From NCBI RefSeq assembly GCF_004010195.1, contig NC_057754.1, positions 584,169 through 648,168 on the forward strand: 64,000 bases of DNA, given 5' to 3'. Source of the DNA: Chiloscyllium plagiosum (Eukaryota). Below are positions 25,206 to 37,650 of this stretch, piece after piece. Each line of letters opens with the position of its first letter. Position 1 is the first letter of the stretch. The notes beneath the pieces are model-generated. The model was not told the origin of the DNA, searched no databases, and saw nothing but the letters and a program-made list of their open reading frames with translations. The position numbers and the translations under genes were made by a program.

Positions 25206-27395
25206 ACTCACTGTTCCACTCACTCACTGACACACTCACACACTCTCTTACTCACTCCTTACACACACATTCACTCACTCTCACTCACTAACACTGACTC
25301 ACTCACTGATCTACACACTCACTGATCCACTCACTCAATCAAATTCACACTCACTCACTGACTCACTCACTCACTCACTCTAATTCGCATTCACTCACTC
25401 ACACACTCAAGCACATGCTCGCTCACTATAATTCACACCCACTCACTCATCCACTCACTAAGTCATACACTTCTTCACTTGCTGATTCATTTACTCACTG
25501 ACTCACTCATACACTCACTCACTCACTCACCCTAATTTGCACTCATTCACACACTCGCTTACTCAGACTCAGTCACTCTAATTTGCACTCAGTCATCCAC
25601 TTTCACACTCACTAAGTCACACTCACTCACTCACTGATCTACTCACACTCACTCACTCATCCACTCCCACACTCACTCACACTCACACTCACTCATTCAA
25701 TCTAATTTGCACACACTCACACTGACTGACTCACTCTAATTCTCATCCAGTCACTCATTCACTCATCCACCCACTGACTCACTCACACACACACTCACTG
25801 ATCCTCTCACTCACTGACTCACTCGCACAATCACTCATTCACATACTCAATCACTTATCCACTCACTCACTCTATTTCGCACTCACTCAGTCACACACTC
25901 TGTCACTCATTCACTCACTCATCCACTCTCACATTCATTCTAGTTCACACTCACACACACTCATTCACTTACTGATCCACTATCACACTCACTCACTCTA
26001 ATTCGCACGTACTCACTCAAACTCACACACACACTCACTCACTCTCTTACTCAATCGCTCACTCACACATTCACTGACACACTGATCTACTCACCCACTC
26101 ACTGAGTGATCCACTTACTCACTCCCTCACTCACTCACACTCACTCACTGAATCCAATTTGCACTCACTCACACTGACTGACTCATACACTCATTCTAAT
26201 TCTCACCCAGTCACTCATTCACTCACTCACTCATCCAACCACTGACTCACTCACACACACACTCACTGATCCACTCACTCACTGACTCACTCGCACAATC
26301 ACTCATTCACATACTCAATCACTTATCCACTCACTCACTCTATTTCGCACTCACTCAGTCACACACTCTGTCACTCATTCACTCACTCATCCACTCTCAC
26401 ATTCATTCTAGTTCACACTCACACACACTCATTCACTTACTGATCCACTATCACACTCACTCACTCTAATTCGCACGTACTCACTCAAACTCACACACAC
26501 ACTCACTCACTCTCTTACTCAATCGCTCACTCACACATTCACTGACACACTGATCTACTCACCCACTCACTGAGTGATCCACTTACTCACTCCCTCACTC
26601 ACTCACACTCACTCACTGAATCCAATTTGCACTCACTCACACTGACTGACTCATACACTCATTCTAATTCTCACCCAGTCACTCATTCACTCACTCACTC
26701 ATCCAACCACTGACTCACTCACACACACACTCACTGATCCACTCACTCACTGACTCACTCGCACAATCACTCATTCACATACTCAATCACTTATCCACAC
26801 ACTCACTCACTATTTCGCACTCACTCACTCAGTCACACACTTACTCTGTCACTCATTCACTCACTGATCTATCCTCACATTCACTCTAATTCACACTCAC
26901 ACTCACTCACTGATCCACTCTCACACTCACTCACTCTAATTCACACTCACTCAAACTCACACACACTCACTCTCACTCAATCACTCACTCACTCACACAT
27001 TCACTGACTCACTGATCCACTCACTCATTCACTCACACTCTCATTCAATCTAATTCGCACTCACTCACTGACCCATTCACACATTCATGCACTCAGTCAC
27101 ACATTCACTCACTCACTCTAATTCGCACTTACTGATCTACTCACTCACTTTCTCACACTCACTCACTCACTCATCTACTCTTACACTCACTCACCTTCTC
27201 ACTCACTCACACTCATTCACCAATTTGCTCTCACTCACTCAGTCACTCAGGCACACACTCATTCACTGATCCACTCACACACACTCACTCACTCCCTCAC
27301 TCTCTCATCACTCACTCACACTCACTCACACACTCACTTACACACATGCTTACTCATTCACATACTCATACACTCACACTCACTCACTCTCTCAA
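25203..27395. repeat. Degenerate (ACTC)n microsatellite with a ~468-bp higher-order period
   Basis: 2.2 kb of actc/acac variants; marker cgcacgtactc at 26004 and 26472. Confidence 0.95.
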
Positions 27396-28119
27396 TTTGT
27401 CTCATTCTATCTCCACCTTGGCCCAGCTGTTTATCCATCTCTCCATCCATCGCATTTCACAATAATGCCACATCCCCGAGGGACCCAGTGTGTGGGCAAT
27501 CATGGGGCAGCTTCGAACCACTTTCAGTGTTAATGGGAGAGGAGTAGGGCAACTCTCTCTGACCCGGAAAGAAAGTGGCCATAGTAACGAGAGAATTTCC
27601 TTGCTCTCTCTCATTAATTGGAACACTGCCTGGTTTCTCTGAAGGATATAAAATTAATTACTTGCAGCGTGGAGGACAGGACATGGCTGCAGGAATGTCA
27701 TCAGTTGTAAAGTCAAGCTGCTAGACAGCATCTGGAATGCATGAGGATACTAAGGAGCTAAGTCTCTCTCAGTTAGAGAGTAGTTCTTTACCAAGTCATT
27801 ATTTTACCCTGTGAGATTCCTCGCCCTCACAATCCACTTCGTCAATCGTTTAGACGTGACAGGACTCGTGTAGACTGTATTCTCTGAGGAGACAGCAGGT
27901 CACAGTTCAAATGTCTCTTCAGCTCAGCAGCTTCATTCCTGAGATATTCTCCAGCTGTGTGAGTAATCTGTCGCTAGGCATCAAACGTCCAGAATCTGTC
28001 CTTATGGTAACTTTATACAAAGTCAATTATTGCTCTTTGTCAAATTGCTTACATAATGAATATTTACAATATCATGAATGAATGGCCTGCTTTGCTATGA
28101 AAATGATCCTACATTTTCA

Positions 28120-28580
28120 TAGAATCTCTACAGTGTGGAAACAGGCCAGCCAGCCCAGTGGGTCCATGCCAACCCTCTAAAGGGCATCCTACCCAAACCC
28201 ATCCCACAATGCATTTTCTGTGGCCAATCCACCCTAGCCTGCAATCCCTGGACACTATGGGACAATTCCCATGGCCAATCCGCCCTAACCAACATATCCC
28301 TGGACACTATGGGACAATTTCCCATGGCCAATCCACCCTAACCTGCACTTCCCTGGACACTATAGGACAATTTCCAATGGGCAATCCACCCTAACCTGCA
28401 CATCCCCGGACACTATGGGACAGTTCCCATGGCCAATCCATCTTAACCTGCACACCTTTGGACTGTGGGAGGAAACCCACACAGACAGGGGAAAATGTGC
28501 AAACTCCACACAGACAGTTGCCCAAGGCTGGAATCGAACCCGGGTCCATAGCGCTGTGAGGCAACAGTGCTAACCAGTGA
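28120..28580 (-). mobile_element. HE1-like V-SINE with an internal ~52-bp tandem amplification
   Basis: Reverse SINE head at ~28500-28580; unit ggccaatccaccctaacctgcacatccctggacactatgggacaattcccat repeated 4-5 times. Confidence 0.85.
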
Positions 28581-29407
28581 TTACCTTGTTGTTGACCTGT
28601 TGTCTGCTAAAGTTACATTCTTTATAATAAATTGTGAATTTTTGTTTAAGTTATAAACTTGATGTCAAGATCTGTTATTTGTAAATTCTGGTTAAGAACA
28701 ATTGAGCAATTTTGAGGGTCATGGAATGGTTTTATTTCATAGTGCTGTGAATCTAGAGATAGTCAGGCTGATTTGGTTTAGCTTGCTGTCTAACACTATT
28801 GAGAACTTATTCCTCCAAATCAACAGCCCCTGGGGCCTCTGCTGGGGACCCTTTCATCTCCTGACAGTCTCAGGTTCCCCCAGGAAATGCTGGGAAGCAA
28901 AAAGGTCGAAGACTGATGAGTAAAGAAGGCTCTGCTCTGAGTCAGAGAGGTGCAGACTAAAACAAGATCCTGCTAGGTTCAGCTGTCTGATATACTACAA
29001 GTGTGGCATCTCTCTGATTGACTGACACAATCTCTCATCATCTACAGACTCAGGACAAATCTCTACAACTGCTCACATCCTGACAACTGCCTCACCTCCC
29101 TGATCTTGGACTCACTGGCGATTGATTCTGAATTGTGGAAGGCCTTTGATTTTTATGTGTTTAGGCAGCACATATCTCATTTCAGCTCAGACTGGGGTTG
29201 TTTAGTGAAAGCTAGCCATCTGGAAGTGGGGAATATAAGAACTGTATTGTGAAAAGCCTAGCTTTTACCTGCCACTTGCTGTTAAGGTTCAGCAAGCCAC
29301 ACTTTTAAAAAGCTTTGAAGCAACACTTCAGTCACTCGTTCATTGCAATCCAGGCAATTTCCAAGCAAATAGCTGTTGACAATCACACAGGAACAGGATG
29401 TCTCGTG

Positions 29408-29416
29408 ATATAAATA
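29408..29416 (+). promoter_or_regulatory. TATA box of Kazal gene B
   Basis: ATATAAATA about 50 nt upstream of the ATG. Confidence 0.7.
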
Positions 29417-29459
29417 CTTGCAGTGTCAAACCAGTGAACTCACTTCCAGCAATCTCACA

Positions 29460-29514
29460 ATGAAGATGAATCGATTGTTTCTCATCACTACCTCACTGCT
29501 TTTTATAGCGGCTG
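29460..29514 (+). CDS. Kazal-type protein B (SPINK-like), exon 1: signal peptide MKMNRLFLITTSLLFIAA
   Basis: 55 coding nt, phase-1 donor GTGGGT, hydrophobic leader, TATA box upstream. Confidence 0.85.
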
Positions 29515-29965
29515 GTGGGTAAGGTTCATCTCTCTGATGGTCTGATACTTGCAACTGAATGGGAGAGAGTGCTTCCTGATTACTGAAGTGGTCTTTGCAA
29601 CTGGAAACATGCCAAAGTGACAAACATCTGAGCATTTACCGTGATGCTGTGTAAGAGATGGTGACTGCAGCTATCACTATGAACAAGAAACTCTGCTTTA
29701 TCCTGGGACCACTAAACAAACCAATTCCCATTGTGAACGTGAGCTATGAGAATTGGGGCATTTTTAAGGGGTGATTCTGTCTTAGTTGTTAATTGAGACA
29801 TTATCAGTCCCTGTATTGCAGATTATTTACCTGTGCTTGTGTTAATCTTTGGTGAGAATCCTCACTCCACTTCCAAACGTCTTCCTGCTTGTTAAGCAAA
29901 TGTTTCAAGTGAACTTTGAGAAACTGTGCCCTATGTTACTAACTTTTTCCAATTTTTTGTTTCAG

Positions 29966-29988
29966 ACCAGCCAGGAGCAGGTATTGAG
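29966..29988 (+). CDS. Kazal-type protein B, exon 2 (23 nt: D-QPGAGIE)
   Basis: Strong acceptor ttttttgtttcag, donor GTAAGA; phase 1 to phase 0. Confidence 0.85.
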
Positions 29989-30093
29989 GTAAGATCTTCA
30001 GAAAGGCAGTTTCTGCATGTTGGGGAATGTATGTTTTGTTTTAAATGTTGTTACTAGTTGCTATCGTGTTAATTCTGGAATAATTTCTTGCAG

Positions 30094-30206
30094 TTAAAAT
30101 GTGATGATTATCCGAAAATCCCAGACTGTCCATCACGCTACATTCCCCTCTGTGGAACAAATGGCAAGGATTATCTAAACCCCTGCTATTTGTGTCGCCA
30201 CAACAA
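30094..30206 (+). CDS. Kazal-type protein B, exon 3 (LKCDDYPKIPDCPSRYIPLCGTNGKDYLNPCYLCRHN)
   Basis: 113 nt, same length and phase as gene A exon 3; canonical Kazal cysteine spacing. Confidence 0.93.
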
Positions 30207-30742
30207 GTGGGTAATCTTTATAAAGTTTCTTGTTCAGTAATTCAACACCTCTGCAAAATCTCACATTGCAAATGAGGATGGAAATAAATTGGAATTTATA
30301 GATTCTCTGAGTGATCTGTGCGTTTCAAGAACAGTGTCTTAGTGCCAGTCCTTTGTATGATTTTCTGAATGTCTGCAGAAAGTGCTGGAGAAACTCAGCA
30401 GGACTGGCTGCATCTGTGGAGAGAGAAACAGGGTTAATGTATTGAGTCAATATGACACTTCTCTGTAAAATCAAAAGTCCTATTGAAGTTGAATCATTAA
30501 CTCTGCTTCTGTCCCTACAGAGGCTGCCTTACCTGTGGTGCATCTCTAATACTTTCTGTTTACATTTCAGATTTTAAATGCTGAATATCTTGTAGCTCAA
30601 TAGAGTTGGGGAGGAGGAGGCACGAGGGGTTAATTGTGTTTAAAAAGTGGACATGAGGGCCAGGTATTAGTTATAGCAAAGTGGTTGTGGGTGAATGGCC
30701 TTCCTATTACATTTTCATTGTCACTGTTCATTCCGCTTCCAG

Positions 30743-30812
30743 GAGAACCGGAGAGAATGTTGCAATCTTACATGAAGGATTCTGTACCTGTCACGACATG
30801 AAACTCAGTTAA
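30743..30812 (+). CDS. Kazal-type protein B, exon 4 (K-RTGENVAILHEGFCTCHDMKLS-stop)
   Basis: Acceptor ttccgcttccag; V.I.H.G.C Kazal terminus; TAA at 30810-30812. Confidence 0.92.
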
Positions 30813-31509
30813 ACTTGAGTTCCAGCTCAAATGGAAAGACAATATTACTGAATCTGTGTGTGCGTTGGATTACAGTGCCAGTAAAAAGACCAACCCAATG
30901 TATGCCTTGGTGTTTTCCTTGTGAACTCATTCTTGAGACAGTGGAAAGGGAGGATGAGAGGTTCACAGATAGTTCTGCATTTACAGTCACCTGCCACATC
31001 CATCATCAGCAGATGATTTGATCAGAGTCAGGTAACCACTGCTACATGGTCTATTACACGGTCTGAGTGTGTTGGTGACACCCCAGTGGGTAGCACTTCC
31101 CACAATACACGAATGTCACTGGGTTAGTATTACACCCAGACCATTACTCCAGGGACAAATGGTTCAAATCCCGCAACAGCACATGTTGGAATCAAAATTC
31201 TATTACAAACCCAGGATTTGGAAATGACGGTCAGTGATGGTGACCATGACAACCATCACTGATTACTGTCAAACCCATCTAGGTCACAAATGTCCATCAG
31301 GGATAGAAACCGCCACCCTCACCCATTCTGGCGTACATGTGACTGCAGACCCACAGTTTTGTGGTTGACTCTTATTTACCCTGAATTGGGGTAATTAGGG
31401 CTGGGGAATAAATGCTAACATTGCTAGTGACACCCACATGCTGTAAGACAATGAAGAAAGAAAAACATCCAAGTCCTAAACTTGGCCTGAATTTAATATT
31501 AAACAGACA

Positions 31510-33620
31510 CGTCAGTGCAAAGGGAGCAGCACGTTATTGGAGGATCAACGCTAAAGGAATGCCAGACAGTCAGAGGGTCAGTGCTGAGGAAATAGGCACT
31601 GTCGGTCAGTGCTTAGGAAACACCGCACTGTCGCAAGGTCAGTGCTGAGGGAGCACCGGACTGTCAGAGAGACAGTGCTGAGGGAACGGACACTGTCGGA
31701 GGGTCAGTGCTGAGGGAGTGGGCACTGTTGGAGGGACAGTGCTGAGAGAGTGCCACACTGTCAAGGGGTCAGCGCTGAGGTAGCGCCACACTGTCAGAGG
31801 GTCAGCTTTGTGAGAGTGCCACACTGTTGGAGGGACAGTGCTGAGGGACCGGGCACTGTTGGAGGGACAGTGCTGAGAGAGTGCCACACTGTCAAGGGGT
31901 CAGCGCTGAGGTAGCGCCACACTGTCGGAGGGTCAACTTTGTGGGAGTGCCACACTGTCGGAGGGCCAGTGCTGAGGGACCGGGCACTGTCAGAGGGTCA
32001 GCACTGAGGGAGGGCTTTCAGTCAGGCATTTGATAAGGTTCCCCACGGTAGGCTATTGCACAAAATACAGAGGCATGGGATTGAGGGTGATTTAGTTGTT
32101 TGGATCAAACATTGGCCAACTGAAAGAAGACAGAGGGTGGTGGTTGATGGGAAATGTTCATCCTAGAGTTCAACTACTAGTGGTATACCACAAGGATCTG
32201 TTTTGGGGCCACTGCCGTTTGTCATTTTTATAAATGACCTGGATGAGGGCAAAGAAGGATGGGTTAGTAAATTTGCAGATGACACTAAGGTCGGTAGATT
32301 TGTGTATACTGACAAAGTATGTTGTAGGTTACAGGGGGACATAGAAAAGCTGCAGACCTGGCCTGAGAGGTGGCAAATGGAATTAAACGTGGGAAAATGA
32401 GAGGAGATTCACTCTGGAAGGAATAACAGGAATGCAGAGTACTGAGCTAATGGTAAGATTCTTGGTAGTGTAGATAAGCAGAGAGATCTCAGTGTCCAGG
32501 TCCATCAAACCAATTTTAAGGGCATTTAAATGGTCAATGGATAAGCATATGGACGAAAATGGAATAGTGTAGGTTCGATGGGCTTCAGATTGGTTTCACA
32601 GGTTGGCGCAACGCCGAGGTCCGTAGGGCCTGTACTGTGCTACAATGTTCTATGTTCTGTGTTCACTATCAGAGAGTCAGTGTTGAGGGAGTGAGCACTG
32701 TCAGAGAGTCAGTGTTGAGGGAGTGAGCACTGTCAGAGGGTCAGTGCTGTGGGGGTGGGCACTGTCAAGAGGGTCAGTGCTGTGGGGGTGGGCACTGTCG
32801 GAGGGTCAGCACTGAGGGAGTGCCGCACTGTCACAGGGTCAGTGTTGAATGGGTGAGCACTGTTGGGGGGTCAGTGCTAAGGGAGTGGGCACTGTCAGAT
32901 GGTTGGTGCTGGGGGAGCAGACACTGTCAGAGGATCAGTGTTGAGGGAGTGAGCATTGTTAGAGGGTCAGTGCTGAGGGAGTGCCACACTGTCGGAGGGT
33001 CAGTGCTGTGGGAGTGCTGCATTGTCGGAAGATCAGCGCTGAGGAAACGCTGCACTGTTGGAGGGTCAGCGCTGAGGAAGTGCTGCACTGTCGGAGGATC
33101 AGTGCTGAGGGAGTGTCACACTGTTGGAGGGTCAGTGCTAATGGAGGGCTGCACTGTTGGAGGGTCAGTGCTGATGGAGGGCTGCACTGTCGGAGGGTCA
33201 GTGCTGAGGGAGTGCCGCACTGTCGGAGGGTCAGTGCTAATGGAGGGCTGCACTGTTGGAGGGTCAGCGCTGAGGGAGGGCTGCACTGTTAGAGGGTCAG
33301 TGCTGAGGGATCGCTGCACTGTGGGAGGGTCAGCGATGAGGGAGGGCTGCACTGTCAGAGGGTCAGAGCTGAGGGAGGGCTGCACTGTCAGAGGTGCTGC
33401 CTTTCTTTTGAGACATTAAACTGAGACCCCACCTAACCTCTCGGGGCAGGTGGAGGAGAGGGTGTGGTGGGGATGTGGGAGGCGGTGTGTATAAAAGATC
33501 CAATGGTCACTAATGCTCTCTGGGGTCCTGAGGCCAATATTTATCCCTCAAGTAACATCACTGTAAACAGATGATCTGGATCATTCTCAGATTACTGTGT
33601 GTGGGAGCTTGCTGTAAGTT
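31510..33620 (+). repeat. 33-bp minisatellite arrays (31510-32015, 32665-33390) split by a CR1 fragment (32020-32663) and ending in a DeuSINE-like body
   Basis: Unit gcactgtcggagggtcagtgctgagggagtg; continues into gaggtgctgcctttc...aaaagatcc...gccaatatttatccctcaa. Confidence 0.88.
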
Positions 33621-36600
33621 TAGCTGCGCCATATGCTCTATTACCATAAACCATAAGAAATAAGAACAGGAGTAGTCTATTCATCCCTTCAAATTGTATC
33701 TCTTCCCTGATTACCCTTACTTGAGTGACCACATTTGAAGAATTTTTAATTGGTTGTAAAGCACTTTAAGACGTACATGGGCCATGAAAGGTGTTACCCA
33801 AATGCAGGCTTTCCTCCTACCTCCAAATAAGGGTCACAGCAGACATGATGCATTAACTATGCTTTCTCTCCTCAGGGTCTCCCTGGACCTGCTGAGTTTC
33901 TCCAGCATTCTGTGTATTAATTCTTGGAGGTTTGGTTTTGCTGTGTTTGCCAATGATACAAAATGTGGCTGCAATGGCAGAGGGAGGTTTTTTGATCGAC
34001 TGCATCCTTCTCCTCTGCAAGGGTTAGAGATACTTGACAGACGACACTAACACGTCAACTGTTCACTGACATTTTAGACCGTTCAGTATCATACACTTCT
34101 TGTTCCATTTTGTACTGTGCAGCAGGAAGGTTCCAGTGACAGGGAGAAAGCTGGGGAATGTTCGAGGGTCAGGAGTAAAGTCTGGAACAGTGTAACGATC
34201 TGAGGTGGATCATCAGCTCTTGGCCTGGCCACCTCAACAGCTTCAGCCTTTTTGGAAGGGGATAATGGCTTAAAGGAGGATCCAGCCTTCCAGGGAATCT
34301 AGCCCAGAGCACAGTCAAAGTTGGGAGGTGTGTCTGGGAACTGGGAAACTGTGTGATTAAATAGAATGGACAGCTTTCGGAATTTGCAGGATTTGGGTGG
34401 AAAGCTCAAAGAACAGGGACAAGAGGAGTATTGCAGTCGAGACTGAGGGGGATAGGTTGAAATTCTGAGACTGATAAAATCATCTTCTGCTGTTTTTAAA
34501 TCTTCCTGCTTGTAGCTGAGGACAGAATGAGTAAACCTGATGGTAATATACACCGTGAGGAACACAAACAACAACCTGTGACTGGCGACTACTCACTGGG
34601 GCTTTGGGAAATTCTGCATGGCCTGGTTTTAGAGGAATGGGTGTCACTGTCAGGAAGAGATCTTATCCCACTCTCAGACGCTCACTGGATAAAGAGCACT
34701 GTGCCAGGGAACAGCAGCTCACAAAACAATTCCTGCTGCTGAAGAGTCAGTTTGTCAGTGAGGAACACAGCAAGTGATCTTTAGCTGGTACTGGCCTTGG
34801 CTTATGCACACACTAACTCACTATCAGCTTCAGTCACCAACAGGGACACAAACAAAGCCATTGATTAACAACCAAAGTAGAATTGAGTGTGTGTGAGTGC
34901 ATCTCCTGTGGTAGGACAAACTGTCGCTGGTATCGAGAAACAGCAGCACATTCCAATCGATAACAATCTGATGACAACGGCTGATTATATAGTGAAAGTA
35001 CAAGTGTACTGGAACTATGGAGCTGCAGAGCACTGTCCCTCGCCACTTTCCCTCTCCCTTATCTTCTGTTCCCTCTGGCAGGTAACTCTTTAACACAATC
35101 GGAGCACCGTCTCCTCTCGGTCCAGGGGAACTCAGTCGATCAAAGACATGCCCACCCCTAGCTGCTATCAGTTCTGATGAAGAGTCACCAGACTCGAAAT
35201 GTTAACTCTGCTTTCTCCTCACAGATGAGGCTTGAGCTGCTGAGTTTCTTCACAATTTCTGTTTTTGCTTCAGATTTCCAGGGTCTGCAGTTCTTTATTT
35301 GATTTCAGTCAATCTGACTGATCTGTATGTTTCCTGGTCATGGTCATTTACAGAATTGACAGTCCACAAAGAGGCCATTCAGCCCTCCTGCTGACATTGC
35401 TGTAGACCAGGAGCCTCCATTGATTACCCCATCCCCTTCCTCATTGTGTGCTTCCCCCTTGGTAACACATGGATATGATTCATTTGACATTTCCCCAAAG
35501 GAGCTTTCAATTCCAGATTTTTCTCTTTTTTAAACCGGACTGGTAGGACTTCAAATCATACCTTCCACCTCAAATTAGGACACGACCACAGCATCACAAG
35601 ATCATCTTTGATTCCAGGTTTGATTCATTGAGTTTCAATTCCACTAGCCGCTGGTGTAGGATTTGAAACTGTGTCCCCAGAGCTCCTCAGTTATTCTGAA
35701 CTGTTTGCTCAGGTACATGTGTCCTTGCTAGGAAGGCACCCCAATGGATACAATGCAATGCCTTTCACAACCCAATGATATCGTAAAGCTCCTTACAGCA
35801 AAGAACATTTTTTCAAAATGAGTTACATAATCATTATATTTTGATAAAGAAGGGAATTCCGCCCACGCTGGAGAATTACAGAAAGATAGGTAGTCACTAT
35901 CCACAAAACCATCTTTTCCCAATGAATGTGCCTCTGACCTCCCACCCTCCTTCGGGAGGGTTAGGCCATGTTTATTGACAGGTGCATTCCCGTGGGTGAA
36001 ATGCAGCGACGATCAGAATGGTTTCCCGCAGACCCTCCCATTCTTGTCACCTGCTAGAGGCATATTGGATGGATTTACAGGCTGACAATCAACCAGTTTG
36101 GCTATGTCATGGGCACAGCTCCCAGGGACAGGGACAGAAGTCATGGCTTTCTGTGCTGCTGCCTTGGGCCCCCTGATGTGCCACCCTATCCTAGGCACTG
36201 CCCATGGCCAACAAGTCCCGGTGTGGCCCTCAAACCCCAAAGCAAGAACATTATCCACTGCATCACACAACCTGGTTCCACAAGTAATGGGGCAATAATT
36301 TGTTTTAATGTTGTTGGTTAAGAGATAAACCAGGTTTAGGGAATGAATATTACCTCACATTCAAGTCTACTGTACTTTTTCAGGGAGGATTGATTAGATT
36401 AGATTCCCTACAGTGTGAAAACAGGCTCTTTGGCCCCACCAGTCCACACCGACCCTCCGAAGAGTAACCCACACAGACCCATTTCCCTCTGACTAATGCA
36501 CCTAACACTATGATGTCTAAGAGTAATTTGAACATAAGATTGAGAATTTTAAACTTGAGGAATTGATAGACTGGGGGATAGTGAAGGTGCTAGGTATAGA

Positions 36601-37409
36601 GATGGATGGGTGAACAGGACTCAGTGCTGTCAGGATATAATCAGTAAACTGAGTTGAGTGAACTTAAGTTTAGTGAGCTGTAATGTGTGAGGTCAGAGAG
36701 GAATGTGTTGGAATAATTGTTAGTGCAGGTCACCATGAGCGTGAAATAAGACCAAAGTCTGATTTACTCAGGATCTGATCTAAAGCTTTCTCAGGCTCCT
36801 GCTCATCCTTTGAAGCTTTGCTCCTTGGTCCTGATGTAGATGTTGAGAGCGTAAGGAACCAGGGACATCCTGACTTTACTCTTTACACAGAGCTCCCCTC
36901 ATTCAACAAAATTAGTTCATAGCTGTTTGTAATAGAAACAGTGTGTTGTCATTAATAAAGACCAGACTGTGCACGTAGGGGTCAGAAGGCTTGTGCTCAG
37001 CCTTTCACTTTAACAAAGACCTGTGTCTTGTGCCTTGGAGAGTTAGCAACCATTCTGTTTGGGATTAAGTAAAAAAGCAAATACTGCATCTGACACAATT
37101 CCAATGAGATCATGGCTGATCCGGATCTTAACTTCACCAATTTGCCTTGATTCCGTAACCCCTAATCCCACTACTAACAAAATAAAAATCCACCAATCTC
37201 AGTTTTGAACTTGTCACTTCATTTTTTATTTCAGATTCCCAACATCATTCCTGAACACCCTGGCTCAAAGCTGAAGCTATTGCTCCCTAATTCTGCCCCT
37301 CCACTTCACCAATCACACAACCTCCCACCTTCTAGTCCCAATTGCGAATGGCCAGGAAAGGGACACATTAAAGCCAATTAAACTTAAAAAATCCAACTGG
37401 CACCTCATG

Positions 37410-37650
37410 ATTAGATTACTTACAGTGTGGAAACAGGCCCTTCAGCCCAACAGGTCCACACCAACTCCCCTACCCCTAACACTACAGGCAATTTAGCATG
37501 GCCAATTCACCTACGACTGTGGGAGGAAACCAAAGCACCCAGAAGAAACCCACGCAGAGAATGTACAAACTCCCCACAGTCAGTCACCTGAGATGCGAAT
37601 TGAACCCAGGTCTCTGGCACTGTTAGGTAGTACTAACCACTGTGCCACCC
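37410..37650 (-). mobile_element. HE1-like V-SINE, internally deleted
   Basis: Reverse complement of head and tail of 4574-4890. Confidence 0.85.

Noticed and set aside
34986..35086. Possible third SPINK exon 1 (TATA-like, ATG at 35017, donor GTAAC at 35082)
   Set aside because: ATG frame is not hydrophobic and ends in phase 2; no downstream Kazal exon found before B3GAT3; at most a relic
36840..36850. 11-nt micro-exon candidate (tag|ATGTTGAGAGC|gtaagg)
   Set aside because: Next acceptor is only 40 nt away and no coherent gene model includes it
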